DNA of 62,291 bases, counting the filler, from Basidiobolus ranarum (taxonomy: Eukaryota), in the NCBI GenBank assembly GCA_040143965.1. It is 6 parts of 6 records of this genome, joined end to end, with 100 filler letters (N's around TTAATTAATTAA, not from the genome) between each part and the next. Parts side by side here need not be neighbours in the genome. Positions count along the whole stretch, not along the records: positions 41,616 to 51,913 come from JASJQH010000722.1; positions 52,014 to 62,291 come from JASJQH010000723.1; 4 more parts are not named here. One strand, given 5' to 3'. Below are positions 45,423 through 58,600 of this stretch, in pieces. A model generated the notes under the pieces. The model saw only the letters and a program-made list of their open reading frames with translations. It was not told the DNA's origin and ran no database searches. How positions within the stretch are numbered: the first letter of the stretch is position 1; each line of letters starts with the position of its first letter. Position numbers and translations under genes: made by a program.

Positions 45423-46460
45423 TAAAAATTGCGGCGAAAGTTGGGTAAATGGGGGAAAGTAAACCAATGCGAATGATTGTTGAGAAGGATCTATTTGGGG
45501 GATTGTGGCTAGCTAAGGGTGGTCGCTTGATAAAGAACTAGGTACCCGCAACTGGCGTTAAGCACTCTTCAATGAAAGAGGACAAAAAGAAAAGGGCTGG
45601 TGGGGGAGGTTCGGAGGAGGCGAAACTTTTTATCATAAAATTACACTAATAAATCATGGGTAGCTTAGGCTGGCCTTGAAATAACTAGATGATCCGTTTT
45701 TCCTGTTTTTCCTATTCCACCAATCATTTTGCACTATGGTATCTTTGTCTTTAACCTGTTATAGCTCCTAATTGAGCGAGCCATCCTGATTTGTTTAATG
45801 AAATTTTCTCACACTACGACCTGCGAAACACCTGGGTTGAGTTAGTGCCTCTGTTCCGGAATAATGTTGCATTCCCAGAAGCTCTATGCATAGACAGATG
45901 TATGAGCGGAATTCTCAGGAAGCTGCGGTAAAGCGCCAAGTGATACCATGCTGCGGTGCTCCTGATCTTGATAGATTGAGGGGTAAGTTGGGATTGCTCA
46001 GGTTTTGTATTGATTGGATTACTCGGCACGCATAGATTAGTAATGTCGATTAGTCATCAATGCTCATTCGAGTTACAAATAGCTATGACGATAAATTTAG
46101 ATTGTGGCCAATAAGGAGGTATGTTGTCGCCACATCCACTGCGGAAAACCACTCCGATTATTCTAGATGATCGCCCAATTGCTATCCCTAGAATTGAGGC
46201 TCAGATCACGAATGAAATCACATTGTGAAGCGTATAACAAAGCTTCTCTCTATATAGGGTTAGCGTGCAAAACGTAACAGTCAAAACAGTGAAAGGTACA
46301 TGGCCATTGATTCCAAACAAACCGAAGTTGCTACAAATGTTCTGATACCGATCAACTGAGAACAAATGGAACAATATGATGATTGTATTTATAGATGATA
46401 TATATGGCTAATCTCCATCCGAGTTTCTCTAACAAAAACATATAGAACTTTAATTAACAA

Positions 46461-47338
46461 ATGTTGCTTTTCGACATGCGTAACCTAAACTGTGAGCTCA
46501 TGGATGGATTTGCAGTTTTCATACAGTCGCTATTGGCCCTGATGGCAGTATCGTCACTGTTGATAAAAAGGCAGCAAGAGAAACCCCGAAGACCCGGGTG
46601 GGTATGGTAAGTTATGTCTGCTGATCTGATCGCTAAGGAGCCTGACTAATTGTGAAAATGTAACAGGGCTTTTGATGTCAGTAAGCAAAGCGCTGGTGCG
46701 GCTTTGGTACACATGTTGAACTTGTGTATCTCTTACATGTCCAGTTCAGACTCCCCAGTAGACAACCCGTGTGTATGGTAATTTTTCTGGCCAGTTTTTC
46801 TTCACACACCTTGACAGTTGTCTAACACCAGATCCACCCAAGGTATTTGCTAAACCTTCTTCTAGATACAACCGTTGGTGTCGTGATTCTGTATTTTGTT
46901 TTGAGAATGTTTCATCACATTCTCGCTCTTCTCAATGTGAAAGAGATGGAGTGTGGCAATTATGGCTGTCCACCCCAATACCGTATATGGTTGAAGCAGT
47001 CATTGGTATTTCTTCTGGCACTTTGTACCACTAAATTGATCATCTTCATTGGGATAAATATGTTTCCGGCCTTAGTGGCATTAGGACAATGGATACTGGA
47101 CCCGTTTACACAAGTTGGGAATGCACATGTTCAAGTGATAGTGGTAATGCTTATTGCTCCACTGTTCATGAACGTCATACAGTTTTGGTTGGTGGATAAT
47201 CTGATTCGTCATAGAGTGAAGTCCGATATGGGGACAACTAGTGATCTTGAGTGTCAGAAAGCATGTCTCATATCTTCTGTCGCATCAATACAGAGATATC
47301 ACGCCACCACAGATAACCGCCCCACATTACTTTTCTAA
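46461..47338 (+). CDS. STIMATE/TMEM110 (YPL162C-like) membrane protein
   Basis: KRQQEKPRRP.WVW.FDVSKQ, NPCVWYLLNLLLDTTVG and P.FMNVIQFWLVD; 2 introns. Confidence 0.88.
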
Positions 47339-47540
47339 TTACTAATCCGTTGTATTCGATTGCTTCATTATTACCAACCTATAGAGCAACTAATAATCTA
47401 CTCCTTACATCAATAAAAACAGCCAACGTACATATTATTTATAGTAAGAGAAAACGAAGGGAACTTCCGTGTATTTGTCTAAAAGAATATCTTACGAAAG
47501 ATTTCGTGAATTTACATAATTGAGATCCAAAGCAACAACT

Positions 47541-49576
47541 CTAGGCAGGTATAATAGCTATCACTGCTCCTTCAGGTGTTTGAATTGTAACGCTTAGAGA
47601 ATCAACGATTCCAGCTGCCCATAAGAATTTCTCCCATGTATATGCATTACTTGGAAACAGACTGGGTTTAATCGTTGACATGTATGGAAATAGAGCGTTG
47701 TACATCTCCTGTAGATTGAGCATGTCTTCTTCTGCTTCTAAGGATAAACTACTTACGCTAGGTTAAGGAAAGATATAAAAGAGTCAGAAAATTGGAGAGC
47801 TTGAGAGACTACAGATTCAATACATACTCTGTGGAATAGTAGGGGTCGGAGAAGTGCTGATATTTGGACAAAGAGGCATACCAACGACTATTCACGTCAG
47901 TACTGCAACGAATGACAAATAGAGCAAGAATGGTTTCTTCGTCCAATCCATCAATGGTGCTGCTAATTACTTCATAGAACTCACTATCGGCAATTACTTT
48001 TTCCATAGTTATTGCAGAGTTCAAGAAGTGCTTGAGGGAAGTTAGTAAGTCCAATTGGCTTTCATTAGTGCCAGTAGTATTGTTGGATATTATATCGGCG
48101 GCGTCGATGAACACTTTGCTGAGTCTGATAGAGACCTGGGAAAGATTTTGTTGGAGGATTTCGAGCTGACCTATAGGTTGATAAAGTTAGCGAAGAGGCT
48201 CAACGGGGCAGAGAGCATGTAAATAGTCAACAACCATCTCGATAAATCTTTCCAGTTTTGTAAGCATAGGTTGGGTTTTCAGGAACTGGATTTTGATGGA
48301 TTGCTGTATTTAGTACGTTTAGACGCTGTGCGAGTAATTGACGATACATTTGAAGCATCGAGATCTCGTTACGATAGTTGAGAAATTCGATTTTCTCCGA
48401 TGTAAGATCTTGTCCAGAAGTTAATTCATAGCGGTTCATCGTCAATACTCGAATCTGTTTAGCTAGATTCTCGGGAATACTTCCTTCACGTCGAAGAAAG
48501 TGCTTAAAATCGGTAATATTCAGTCGCTGTAATAGCAACTCCCTCAAATCAACAGTAGAAGTAGCGCGGAAGTTGATTTTTAACGCAAAGTAATCCACCT
48601 CATTGTTTTCGATACAGAAGCCATAGCCTTGTAACACTGACAGTCGTTAAGTTAGATTATTGGTCTTTGTCTGAAGGCTTTTAATAACATCGTAAGCTTA
48701 CATTCTTCATTGGATTTTGCACCATAATTGTTGAATACTTCTTCACCAGCGTGTACTTTACGATTGCATATGAACGACACCTGCCCTTCATTGTTGCTCC
48801 AAGTGATGGGCTGGCGAAGCCTGTGGTTTAGCATATCTAACATGGGAAGCATAATTTGTTGATCTTCTTCATCAGTGGCATTGGGGTCCAGTTTACTCGA
48901 GAAGGCGCGAGAAGATACAACGGTAGTGGCCCAATAATACATCTCACTATGATCAAAACCATCAAAATCCAGTGTGCTAATACACAAGCAGTGTTGCAAT
49001 CTTACCTTGTCAATGGGTGTCCATTAGCGAACGTAGTATTAATGGTATTCTGGACCAACTCAAACTCCTTATCAATCTTTTGTCTGTATTCTTCTGCAGC
49101 AAACTCCAAGTTGGTTCCTTTGAGAACCTTAAATTCATCTGGGCTAAACCAGAGAGGTGTCGAAAACGTCTTTGGTAAAGCGGCAAGGTAAGGATACCAA
49201 AAAGAATTAACTCCCTGAAGTCTCTCATGAATTAGATAAACCTTTAATAGTATATGACCGGGTAAACTAGAATATTCACTCAGAGCATTTCTGGCTGTCT
49301 CCTGACTGATAACCAAAGTACCGGGGATAGACCCGATTCTCTCCTCTTCTTGAATGTCCCGTTTAGCATAAACAGCACGAAATCCTTCTTCATCTGTTAA
49401 CAAAAAGTAGGTGTTAAACTAAAACTATCAACAACAATAATAAAATAATCTTTTATAGAACACTCACTAAGGCGGATTTCTAATGGATCCAAATAACTAT
49501 TATGCTTTGTCGCCCATTGCCACAAACGTTCAACGGCATCTCCTGAAGAGTCTACGAGATTGCTAGGTGCTTCCAT
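47541..49576 (-). CDS. SET-domain lysine methyltransferase (Rkm/SETD3/LSMT type) with a partial second SET domain
   Basis: SFWYPYLAALP, WATTVVSSRAF, LPMLDMLNH and FNNYGAKSNEELLQGYGF. The second unit has SRWYASL...YTWEKFLWA and then stops. Confidence 0.85.
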
Positions 49577-49862
49577 GTCGAAATCTTGAGTTCTAACAAT
49601 AAAAGTATATGAACCTAAGCTCGGTATTTTTTTCAAGACTGCACCACAAATCCAACATTGAATGATTAATCTACTGTGATCGACACGATAAAACCAATCA
49701 TCGACTAATGTGAAATAATTTATTATCAAAGCTCATAAATGCTATGGACATTAAAGCTCATAAATATTAAATGCTATGTGAGGGAGTAATAAAGCGACTC
49801 AAAGGGAACATTCACGAAAAGGAAAAATGGAACAGAAGAAATATTAAAAAAGTGCACTTATT

Positions 49863-51814
49863 CTAAGCCTCAACAGCTGCAAAGCCCATATCCCCGATAT
49901 CTTGATTGATATCGTTCAGTAGTTGACGAGCCTGCTCTGAAAGGTTGCCCAAGTTCTTACGAGCTTGATCATTTCGAAGACGTTCCGCAGGAGTCATCCG
50001 GCGAGCATCTTGTTTCATTTTACCATAGTCATTGCACTTACGTAGGGAGTCCATAAGGTGGTCTAAACCACCCTTATCTTCGTCAACAGCCTCCTGAATC
50101 TCAGGATTTTGAACCTTGTCTAGTTTAGGCTTTCTTCTAGCTGCAGCTCTTTCTTTTTTCTCTTGCTCCGCCTTGGCCTTCTTCTCAGCGGCAATCATCT
50201 TTCTTCTTTCAGCTTCGATTTCTTTGCGGACTCGCTCGATATCAGTCAAGAAATGTTTGAAAATCTGGAAGAATTCGTCTGGTCTGAGAGCAGGATTTTC
50301 ACCAAAGTGTCTAACACAATCGGCATACATGACTTCAGTTGCATCCCAGTATACTTTGAGATCCTCAAAGCTTTGCTTAGCAGTGATTAAGAATTCTTTC
50401 ACCTGGGTAGCAAATGGATCATTCTCATACTCAGGGTCATTGAAATATTCCTGGATTTCCTTTTCGGTAAAAAGTAAATCCTTTCTTACTCCTTCAAAGT
50501 CTTCCTTTACATCTGGCATAGATACACGACAGGCTTCATGAACATTCTTGAGTTCTTCTACGATCTTGAGTAAGTCGGGTAATTTATTCTCCGTCACATC
50601 AACCAAGAAGTGAAGTAGAGTGGATTTGTTATCAGTGGTCTTGGTATCAGCCAGTTTGTTAACACTGCTGACTTTAAATCCAGAAGCATTTCCTCGAAAG
50701 CCGGTATTCATGAAGTTACCAACCGTCAAAATCATCTACAAATTTAATTCGGTCAATCAAGACATCATGGCTCTACCTAAATGTGTATACAGTACCTCTA
50801 AGAACTTAGGGACAAGCTTGCTATGCCTGAGAGTGTTGGAGGTCTCATAGATCGTTTTGCAAGCCTAATGGAAAGGGTGAATATGAGTAGCTTAGGATCG
50901 GTCTCATAGACTGGTATACCTGTTGTATTCCGTCGTATTTCTCTTTGTATGTTTGCTTAAAGTACATGATGTGAAGCCTTTGATTATACCTCTCAACTGA
51001 CATAACCTAAGTGAAAAGTAAAAATTTGAACATCTAGTCACCAGAAGTCACCAGAAATTTGTAACCAACCTCAACGAAGAACTGCTCCGCTCGACTTAAT
51101 TTACTGCTGTCTTCTTGGAAGGGTTGAAGAAGGAGAACCTAGAGAAATTCATGGATTGGTGAGATCAAGTTTAGCTTGGAATAGTTGGTATCTTAATTTA
51201 CCTCATCATCGGTTGGAACGAATTTCTTCAACTGATCGAGTAAGTCTGCAGTCATCACGAACTCGTTCATATCGAGAATCGCCTCTTTAATTTGGGCAGG
51301 ACTCATACTCTTGCACTTAGAAAGGGCAATATCTGAAGTATAGAATGTTAAAGGGTATACTGACAGCAATCATTTGACCATGGTCACGACTTACTAATAT
51401 TTTGAATTCTCTTGGGATCCAAAACCATGATCTCTTCTGAACTTTGCTTTTCAACCTCACCTAAACATAATGTATTAGTTTTACCCTGATATTGGATTTC
51501 CCTTTTTTTGCATTTTTTTGACTATGAGTACCCTTGATCTTCATCACAGCTGGCTTGGATGGGAACTTCTCCTCTATGGCAACGAATATTCCCTCGCCAT
51601 CGAACTTCTTTGCTAACTCTTCTTCATGCTTAAATACCTGCTCTTTATCTTGCCAGACAGTACCAGGGAGCTCATGTGCATGTAGTTTGGTCCAATTCAA
51701 TTGTCTGAGCTTCTGCTTAGTAACCCACTGCCGACCGGCTTGGTGTGCAAAATGAACTGTCGCCACCGAAGAAAGTGGAAGATGGGATGAAGGGGTTGAA
51801 CACTCCAGTGGCAT
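49863..51814 (-). CDS. Formin, FH2 domain plus DAD-like tail; 5' end uncertain near contig edge
   Basis: KLRQLNWTKL, LDPKRIQN, ILTVGNFMN.GFRGNASGFKV..KLADTK, TLLHFL, PDEFFQIF and GGLDHLMDSLR. Confidence 0.9.
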
Positions 51815-51913
51815 GCAACCTTAGTTATTTATTAATGTCAAGTAACTCACCTTGGTAACCATGATTGGATACCATGGATACCTAGAAGTGAGCACTCGGT
51901 CAACTTTGAATTA

Positions 51914-52013
51914 NNNNNNNNNNNNNNNNNNNNNNNNNNNNNNNNNNNNNNNNNNNNTTAATTAATTAANNNNNNNNNNNNNNNNNNNNNNNNNNNNNNN
52001 NNNNNNNNNNNNN
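51914..52013. other. Artificial contig spacer
   Basis: Same linker. Confidence 0.99.
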
Positions 52014-52776
52014 GATTAGACAAGAAGCTTAGAGAATTCCGTTTCAAATGCTTTTTATGGTAGATGCAACTCCCCACACAAGACCATCACTCTAGACAAT
52101 TGAGTATTTACGATATACATTAGTCATCAGAATCTATCGTAACGCAAAAATTACTCTACGTCCTAACCTAACAATTACTCTACTTTCAGCACAGCGCTAC
52201 AGGAGATTATTATCCATATACTCAACATGGTAGGTGATATTCTCCTGGGCGAACCGTATATTTACAGTACAATCAGTGGACCATACCAAGTATATTCAGG
52301 AGCGTGCTAAATACATCTTACTCCAGTTTGTATTAGGATCCGAATGCCTTTATGAATGTAGACCGTTCTACCTAAAGACTATATCTGTTGGTTCTCATCA
52401 CCTCCCTCAGAATTTTCTCCTGACATCGGGAATGCGCTCTCAAGCTCCTTGCGTTATTTGTATGGGAGAGAACTTCCTTTGGCGGAGTTACCGCAGCATT
52501 ATTCTCCGTGCCCTAAGTAAAGAAAGGTGAAAATTAAATAACAGTCAGTGATGGAAATTGTTGCTCCATTGCTACAAAGCCCTAGGCTGAACTAAGAATG
52601 AACCAACAACAACTATTTTAGACGTGGTAGCGTTCTTTTCTTTTAGTATTCAGTATTAATGTAATTTGATGGTACAATTGTATTTTAATAAAGTAGGAAA
52701 TTTACCAAATCAATATGTAACTACTACTGCGGTAAATGTACGAATGATGCATGGAATATCCCATATCCAAGGCTAA

Positions 52777-53786
52777 TCAATGATGGCCATATGATGGAGG
52801 TGGAGAACTCCGTGTGACTTCTTCATCCACAGGCCGGCTAGAAATATGATATGATGGAGGTGATTCAACTACGCTATAAAAGGGAAGTTGCTCAAACTCC
52901 AATGTGCTGACTGCCGCAACCATAATGATTGGAACATATAGTGTGATGACGTCTTTTTCGCCATTGTCGTTTCTCAGGTCAATATGAACAACCACTTTAT
53001 GAGTAACTTCAACCATTGAATGGACGCGGTTTGAAGCGGTGTATTTGGGTATAGTGATAAGAAATGTGCGGATATTGGCATCCGCAGTGAATGGAGTAGA
53101 TGAAACACCGAAAGTTTTCATAAACTCAGCAACAGACAAACGATTTGGATCGCTCTTTGATGGAATACGAAAGTGTGTGTATTCCTTGAGGCTACAGGTC
53201 ACGTTCGTTACATTTACTGTCGGATCGAGCGCTATTACTAATACTTCCATGACAAACATATCACTAGGGCTGTATACATCCGTAGATAAAGTGATTTTGC
53301 AAGCAACCTTGTTGGGAAGGGTCTGTTCGAGTGTGTACGCTGCTGAGAGTTCCTCTAAAGCGTCGTGGTAATGATGAATGTACACAGGCACTTTTGATTT
53401 CAAATTTGCAAGAAGAAATGTAGTTTCAGCCACTGCCTTTAAAGTATATGTGATCTTTCCAAAGTCACTCTGGAATGATTTGGGTAGATTGTTTGGAATC
53501 AAGATTTCAAAAGGGAAACTTGTTGGCCAGAAACTGAGGTGACCTTGAGAGGTTTAAGTGTATAGATCAGGCCGATAATATTATGATGGGTTTTTCTGAT
53601 GGCCGCAGGGAAGAGCGTAGACAATTCCCCCCTGAACTTGAGATATAGCCTTTTGATCGTTAGTGATACGCTCGAGTCCAATGTAACAACACCTCTCAAG
53701 CTCATATGCTGAGTGTCAAAGGCCATACAAGGACTTGCGTAGAGAATGCTATTTTGAAGAATAATTTTCAGTGAAGATGAAAACAT
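52777..53786 (-). pseudogene. Alpha-arrestin (ART) with a 1-nt frameshift
   Basis: LRGVVTL, LKFRG, FPFEILIPNNLPKSF..GKITYTLKA and two PPSY motifs. Adding one T at 53516-53518 fuses the two ORFs. Confidence 0.8.
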
Positions 53787-55650
53787 CTTAATTATTAACC
53801 TTGTGAGTTGGGTATGAAGAACACAACACTGCACGTAGCACTTATAAATCAAGTGCTGTGTCACAGAAAGTGGTTGACATTTGGCGATCTGTCGAATTTA
53901 ATATCATCTAATTTCGTTACTATATCCCATTACTCTATAGGACTTATAATGGAGGAATTATTTAGCTCCCCACGTATTACTCATTGTGTGGAGGATTTGC
54001 TCAGTGTGCCAAATCTATAAATATCAAAGAATAGTGAAACTACGAACTAGTTAAACGAATCTATATTCGGTAGCTATGGCAACGATGCAAGAATAGAATA
54101 AGGTTTTTGATGCGCCCTAGTAACTTACTCCCTCTGTATCTTGCGGTAAATATATAGATATAAACTATCGAGTAATGCTTAGTATAGGTGAACTGACCAA
54201 TCAGGATGGCCACAGTAGTAAATTCACAAGTATACTTCATAAGAACGTTCGATCAAGCTATACATCTCATGATTAGGATCCATAAATAACAAAATGTCAA
54301 GTCAGTCATTTCTATTTTTAACAGCATTACAAATACACAGAAATTTGGCAGCAGAATTTGTGCCATCTTTATATTAATGATATGTTGCTTTTGCATAATG
54401 CCAGCAATTCTCTCGAGTTTGAAATTCGCTCCTGAGTTGTGCTATTTACTAAATTTTATGCTGTAGATACACCAAGAATGTTATATTCTCCATAATGCTT
54501 CTTTTTTGATACTACCTTAGTGGCTCTCTTCAGGTCCTGTTACAGCCCTCTTTCTACCTTGTCATAACATAACAAGGAAACTTCGATTAAAGTGGCTGCG
54601 GCTAATTATCATTAATTTTCATATCTTACTCTCTATAACTAGTAATCAGGCTTATTCTGTTGGCAAATTCTCAATCAAGTTTTCCTACATTTTTCACTCC
54701 TGGATCAGTGCTAGCATTGTTTGTAAGTATATTCAGTCAAGCATTATACAGACATTGAAAACTCTGGCCACAGGATATATTGGTGAGGAAACTAAAGATG
54801 CTAGGCATTCCTGTGTCAAGTCAATACTTCATGGCTGTCACCCTTAAGCCATTTTTGATCTGAAAGCAGTGAGGAACCAAGTGCCTAATGAGAAATGAGG
54901 CAAGTACTGAACTGATGGTACTTATACCATAGTTTGAGGTCTCTATTATCATTATCATATTTGTTATTGCCATCTTGAGACACCCAACTATTTCATATCA
55001 TTTCTGGGCTGGTTGACATTATTTCGTCCAATATCATTTACTAAAAGCTGGAATGTATATTGAGGATACATATGAAATATTCAAAAATTAGCAATGTTGA
55101 ACTTGAAATATCAAGTGATCCAAAGCTCAATTGACTCCCACAAATGAACTGAGCATAATCCCATATTTCACTTCTATATTTTCTTCAAGGTACTTCTGTC
55201 TATCAGTAAAAATTACTCAAACTCATAATCACTTCATATCGTAAAACTCTTCACACAAACCTCGAATTCACTTATTATTAAAATTGTCTGACAGATTATA
55301 GGGCAGAGGACATGAGATAAACACAACAGATAATATACCAAGTGTGACAATTGTGTTGAATATTTTTAAACTTTTTCTGCGTTCTACGAAGAGAGATTCT
55401 TCATCAGATACGCTTTGCTTTCTTGACCCAAGAATATCAACATCATAACCTTTTTGTAACGGATTGCACTAGAAGCGAGATGGCAGTCTATCAATATACG
55501 TATTGGCTGTCCTTAACCAAATGTATTCATAGTTTATTTACTAACACTCATAAATAAATAGGATTATATATGGTAATTGAGATGGCGAATGAACTAGCAG
55601 GGTATCAATAACAGCAAATATTTGTACACTAGCTGTAACGCTGGATTGAG

Positions 55651-58600
55651 CTATCTGACAACCTCACCAGACTTAGCTTTTGCTACCTCGTATAAGCTAT
55701 CAAACTCTCCAGATTTTTGGCACATGCTGTGGAACATACTCTTCTGATCTTGGATAAGATTGTAAGGAGTGTCGTACTCAATAAGCTTACCATGGTCTAT
55801 ATAAGAAGAGCAACATTACGTTAGTCACTATATTGCAAAGACATTGAAGGCGGGTTAAACATTACCCATTACTATGATTTTATCATAGTCAATGATTGTT
55901 CGAAGTCTATGTGCTATACAGAGCACCGTAGAATCTACGAGCTCATTCTGGATTGTGGCTTGGATCTTCGTATCTGTTTCGAAATCCACCGATGCAGTGG
56001 CTACATTAAGAGGAAAATGATCAGTGGTTGTTTCATCTTGGGTACTCTATTACAAATCACATACCCTCATCAAGAATGATCAACTTGGATCTTTTAAGAA
56101 GGGCCCTTCCTAAAGCTAATAGCTGGCGTTGACCTTGGCTGAAGTTGTTTCCATTTTCGCTGACCAGGGAGTTCAGACTAAATGCTTCTGGTTTGCCGTT
56201 TCTTCCCCCACTGGGTTCCACAAGATGGACTCTTTTCAGTACAGTCCATAATTCATCGTCAGTACACCAATTGAAGGGATCGAGATTACTACGGATGGTA
56301 CCCGTGAACAGCACTGGATCCTGTGGAATGATGGTTAGATTAGACCGAAGATCTTGAACTCCCAATTGACAAATATCCACTCCGTCAATCTCTATGGTAC
56401 CCGAAGTTGGTTCAAGAAATCGAAAGAATCCCAAAGCTAAGGTCGATTTACCCGCACCAGTACGTCCTACAATGCCTACTTTGGCTGTAGGGTTGACATC
56501 AAAGCTTATATCTCTTATCACTGGTGATTGCTCGGGGGAATATTGCAACACCAGATTTCGAACGCTTATCTCTCCTCTGGTTGGCCAGTTCTGGGGTGGA
56601 CGCATATTTTCAATGATATCTGGAGGCTCTTGTTCTATGGCCATATATTCCTGCACTCGCTCAACGGAGTTCATGTTGACTTCGGTGGTCGAATAAAAAC
56701 GAACGCACCAGAGAACATGATCAGTGAAACTCAGTGCATAGTTTAGCGATAGACCAGCCAGATTCGGGTTGATTTTTCCTTGTAAAAGGAACAATCCAGC
56801 AAAGAATGCCACAAATCCACCAGCAATATCAATTCGAGTAGATAGCCATCGATTAGCTGCCCAGAGATAGATAAACGGACGCAGGTGGGAATCAATCTTG
56901 GAATAATTCCCCTCAATAAACTTCTTTTCTTCTCCAAAGGCGCGGATGGTTGAGATACCGGTCAAAGTTTCCCCGAATTGAGTGTAGATTGGGGACCTAC
57001 TGATTGATTCCAATCTCTTGAGCTCTCGAGAGGTACTCAAATACAATATCGCAATCGCGTAGTATATCAGCAGAATAACTACCACTGCATATAGGAATTG
57101 TGGCGTGACGACGGATATGACAGCAAGTACAGTCAGGGTGGCGAGGACATCGATGAGAAAGATACTGGCACTTGTGGATACCTCTGTGTCAACCACTTCT
57201 ATGTCCTTACTGAAGCGATTCATAATCCTCCCAATCGGAGTGGTATCAAAGAACCTCATTGGCGCGTGGAGGATCTTCAATAATAATTTTGAGTGAATTG
57301 AAGATGAAGCTCTAAGTGATCCGTAGAATTGAGAAGTAAAACGAAGCAACACCGATAATGTTGATATCGAAATCAGAAGTAGATAGACTTTTACGTAGTA
57401 CATTGTGTCCGTTTCCTGGGTCACTACACTAGTGGGGGTGCTAAGATTAGAGTCGCATACGGTTGTATTGAAATACAAGGGCAGCCCGAAATGGCCACTA
57501 CTTAGTCTCCAGTAGCTGGAGATATCCCCGACGCTGAAGGTAACTATATTACTGGGACTTGGGGTTAATCCAGCAGTATCATAGGCCCCCACCCAAACAC
57601 GGATCCAATAATCTTGAGCCACTGAAAAGACCTGACACAATCCAGCCAAGCCAAACAGGAAAGACCAGTACCAAAGACTGCCACATGCTCGAAAATAGAA
57701 GCTGTAAATGCTTAATTTTATCGAGCCTCTGGATCCCATTTCCTCCGAGACAAGCTTACCCGAATTAACCATAGTCTTTCCTCCTTTCAATAACTCTTTA
57801 GGCAATTTCTTTTCGCCCTCTGCTACTTTATCTTGGTCTTTGAGCTTCTTCTCAATTTCATTCTCGAGTAATAATTCTTGCTCCAAAAGCCCTTGACTCA
57901 ATAGGTCGCTGGGTTTCCCTTGAGCAGCAATGGTCCCGTTTCCGAGTAGAACGATTAAAGAGGCTTCTTTCAAGCATAGACTTACCGAGTGAGTGACCAA
58001 GATTCGGGTACGCCCTCTCATCAATCTACCCATAATGCACCATCGATACAAATGCTTGAGTGTATGTACGCCTACTGCTGATAGACAGTCATCCATCAAA
58101 ATATGCAAAGCTCTGCTATAGACAGCACGGGCAAGTGAAATCCGTTGTTTTTGACCCGCAGATAGCGTGATACCTTTCTCACCGATTTCAGTCTCATCCC
58201 CTGCGTCCAAAATTTGAAGATCTTTTTCGAGAGCACATGCTTTAATCACTTCATGATAGCGTTCTTCGTCAAATGGTGATCCAAATAGAATATTATTTCT
58301 AATGGTATCATTTTGAAGCCAGGGTTGTTGAGAGACATACGCCACTCCCGAATGATATCCTACATTAATCTTTGTTCTACTCCAACGGCTTGGTAGATAA
58401 ATCGAACCATGCTCCAGATTCGTTTCACCAAGCAGTCCCATTAGTAGGGAAGTTTTTCCAGAACCCGTTGGGCCGGCGATAATAGATAATTGGCCAACTG
58501 GGAATACTATGTTCACATTTTGGAGGGAGAAACCACGCTCTTTACTCACGTCAGAATTACTCCACCATGATAGAGTGGCATTTTTGAAGCCTATTGTTGG

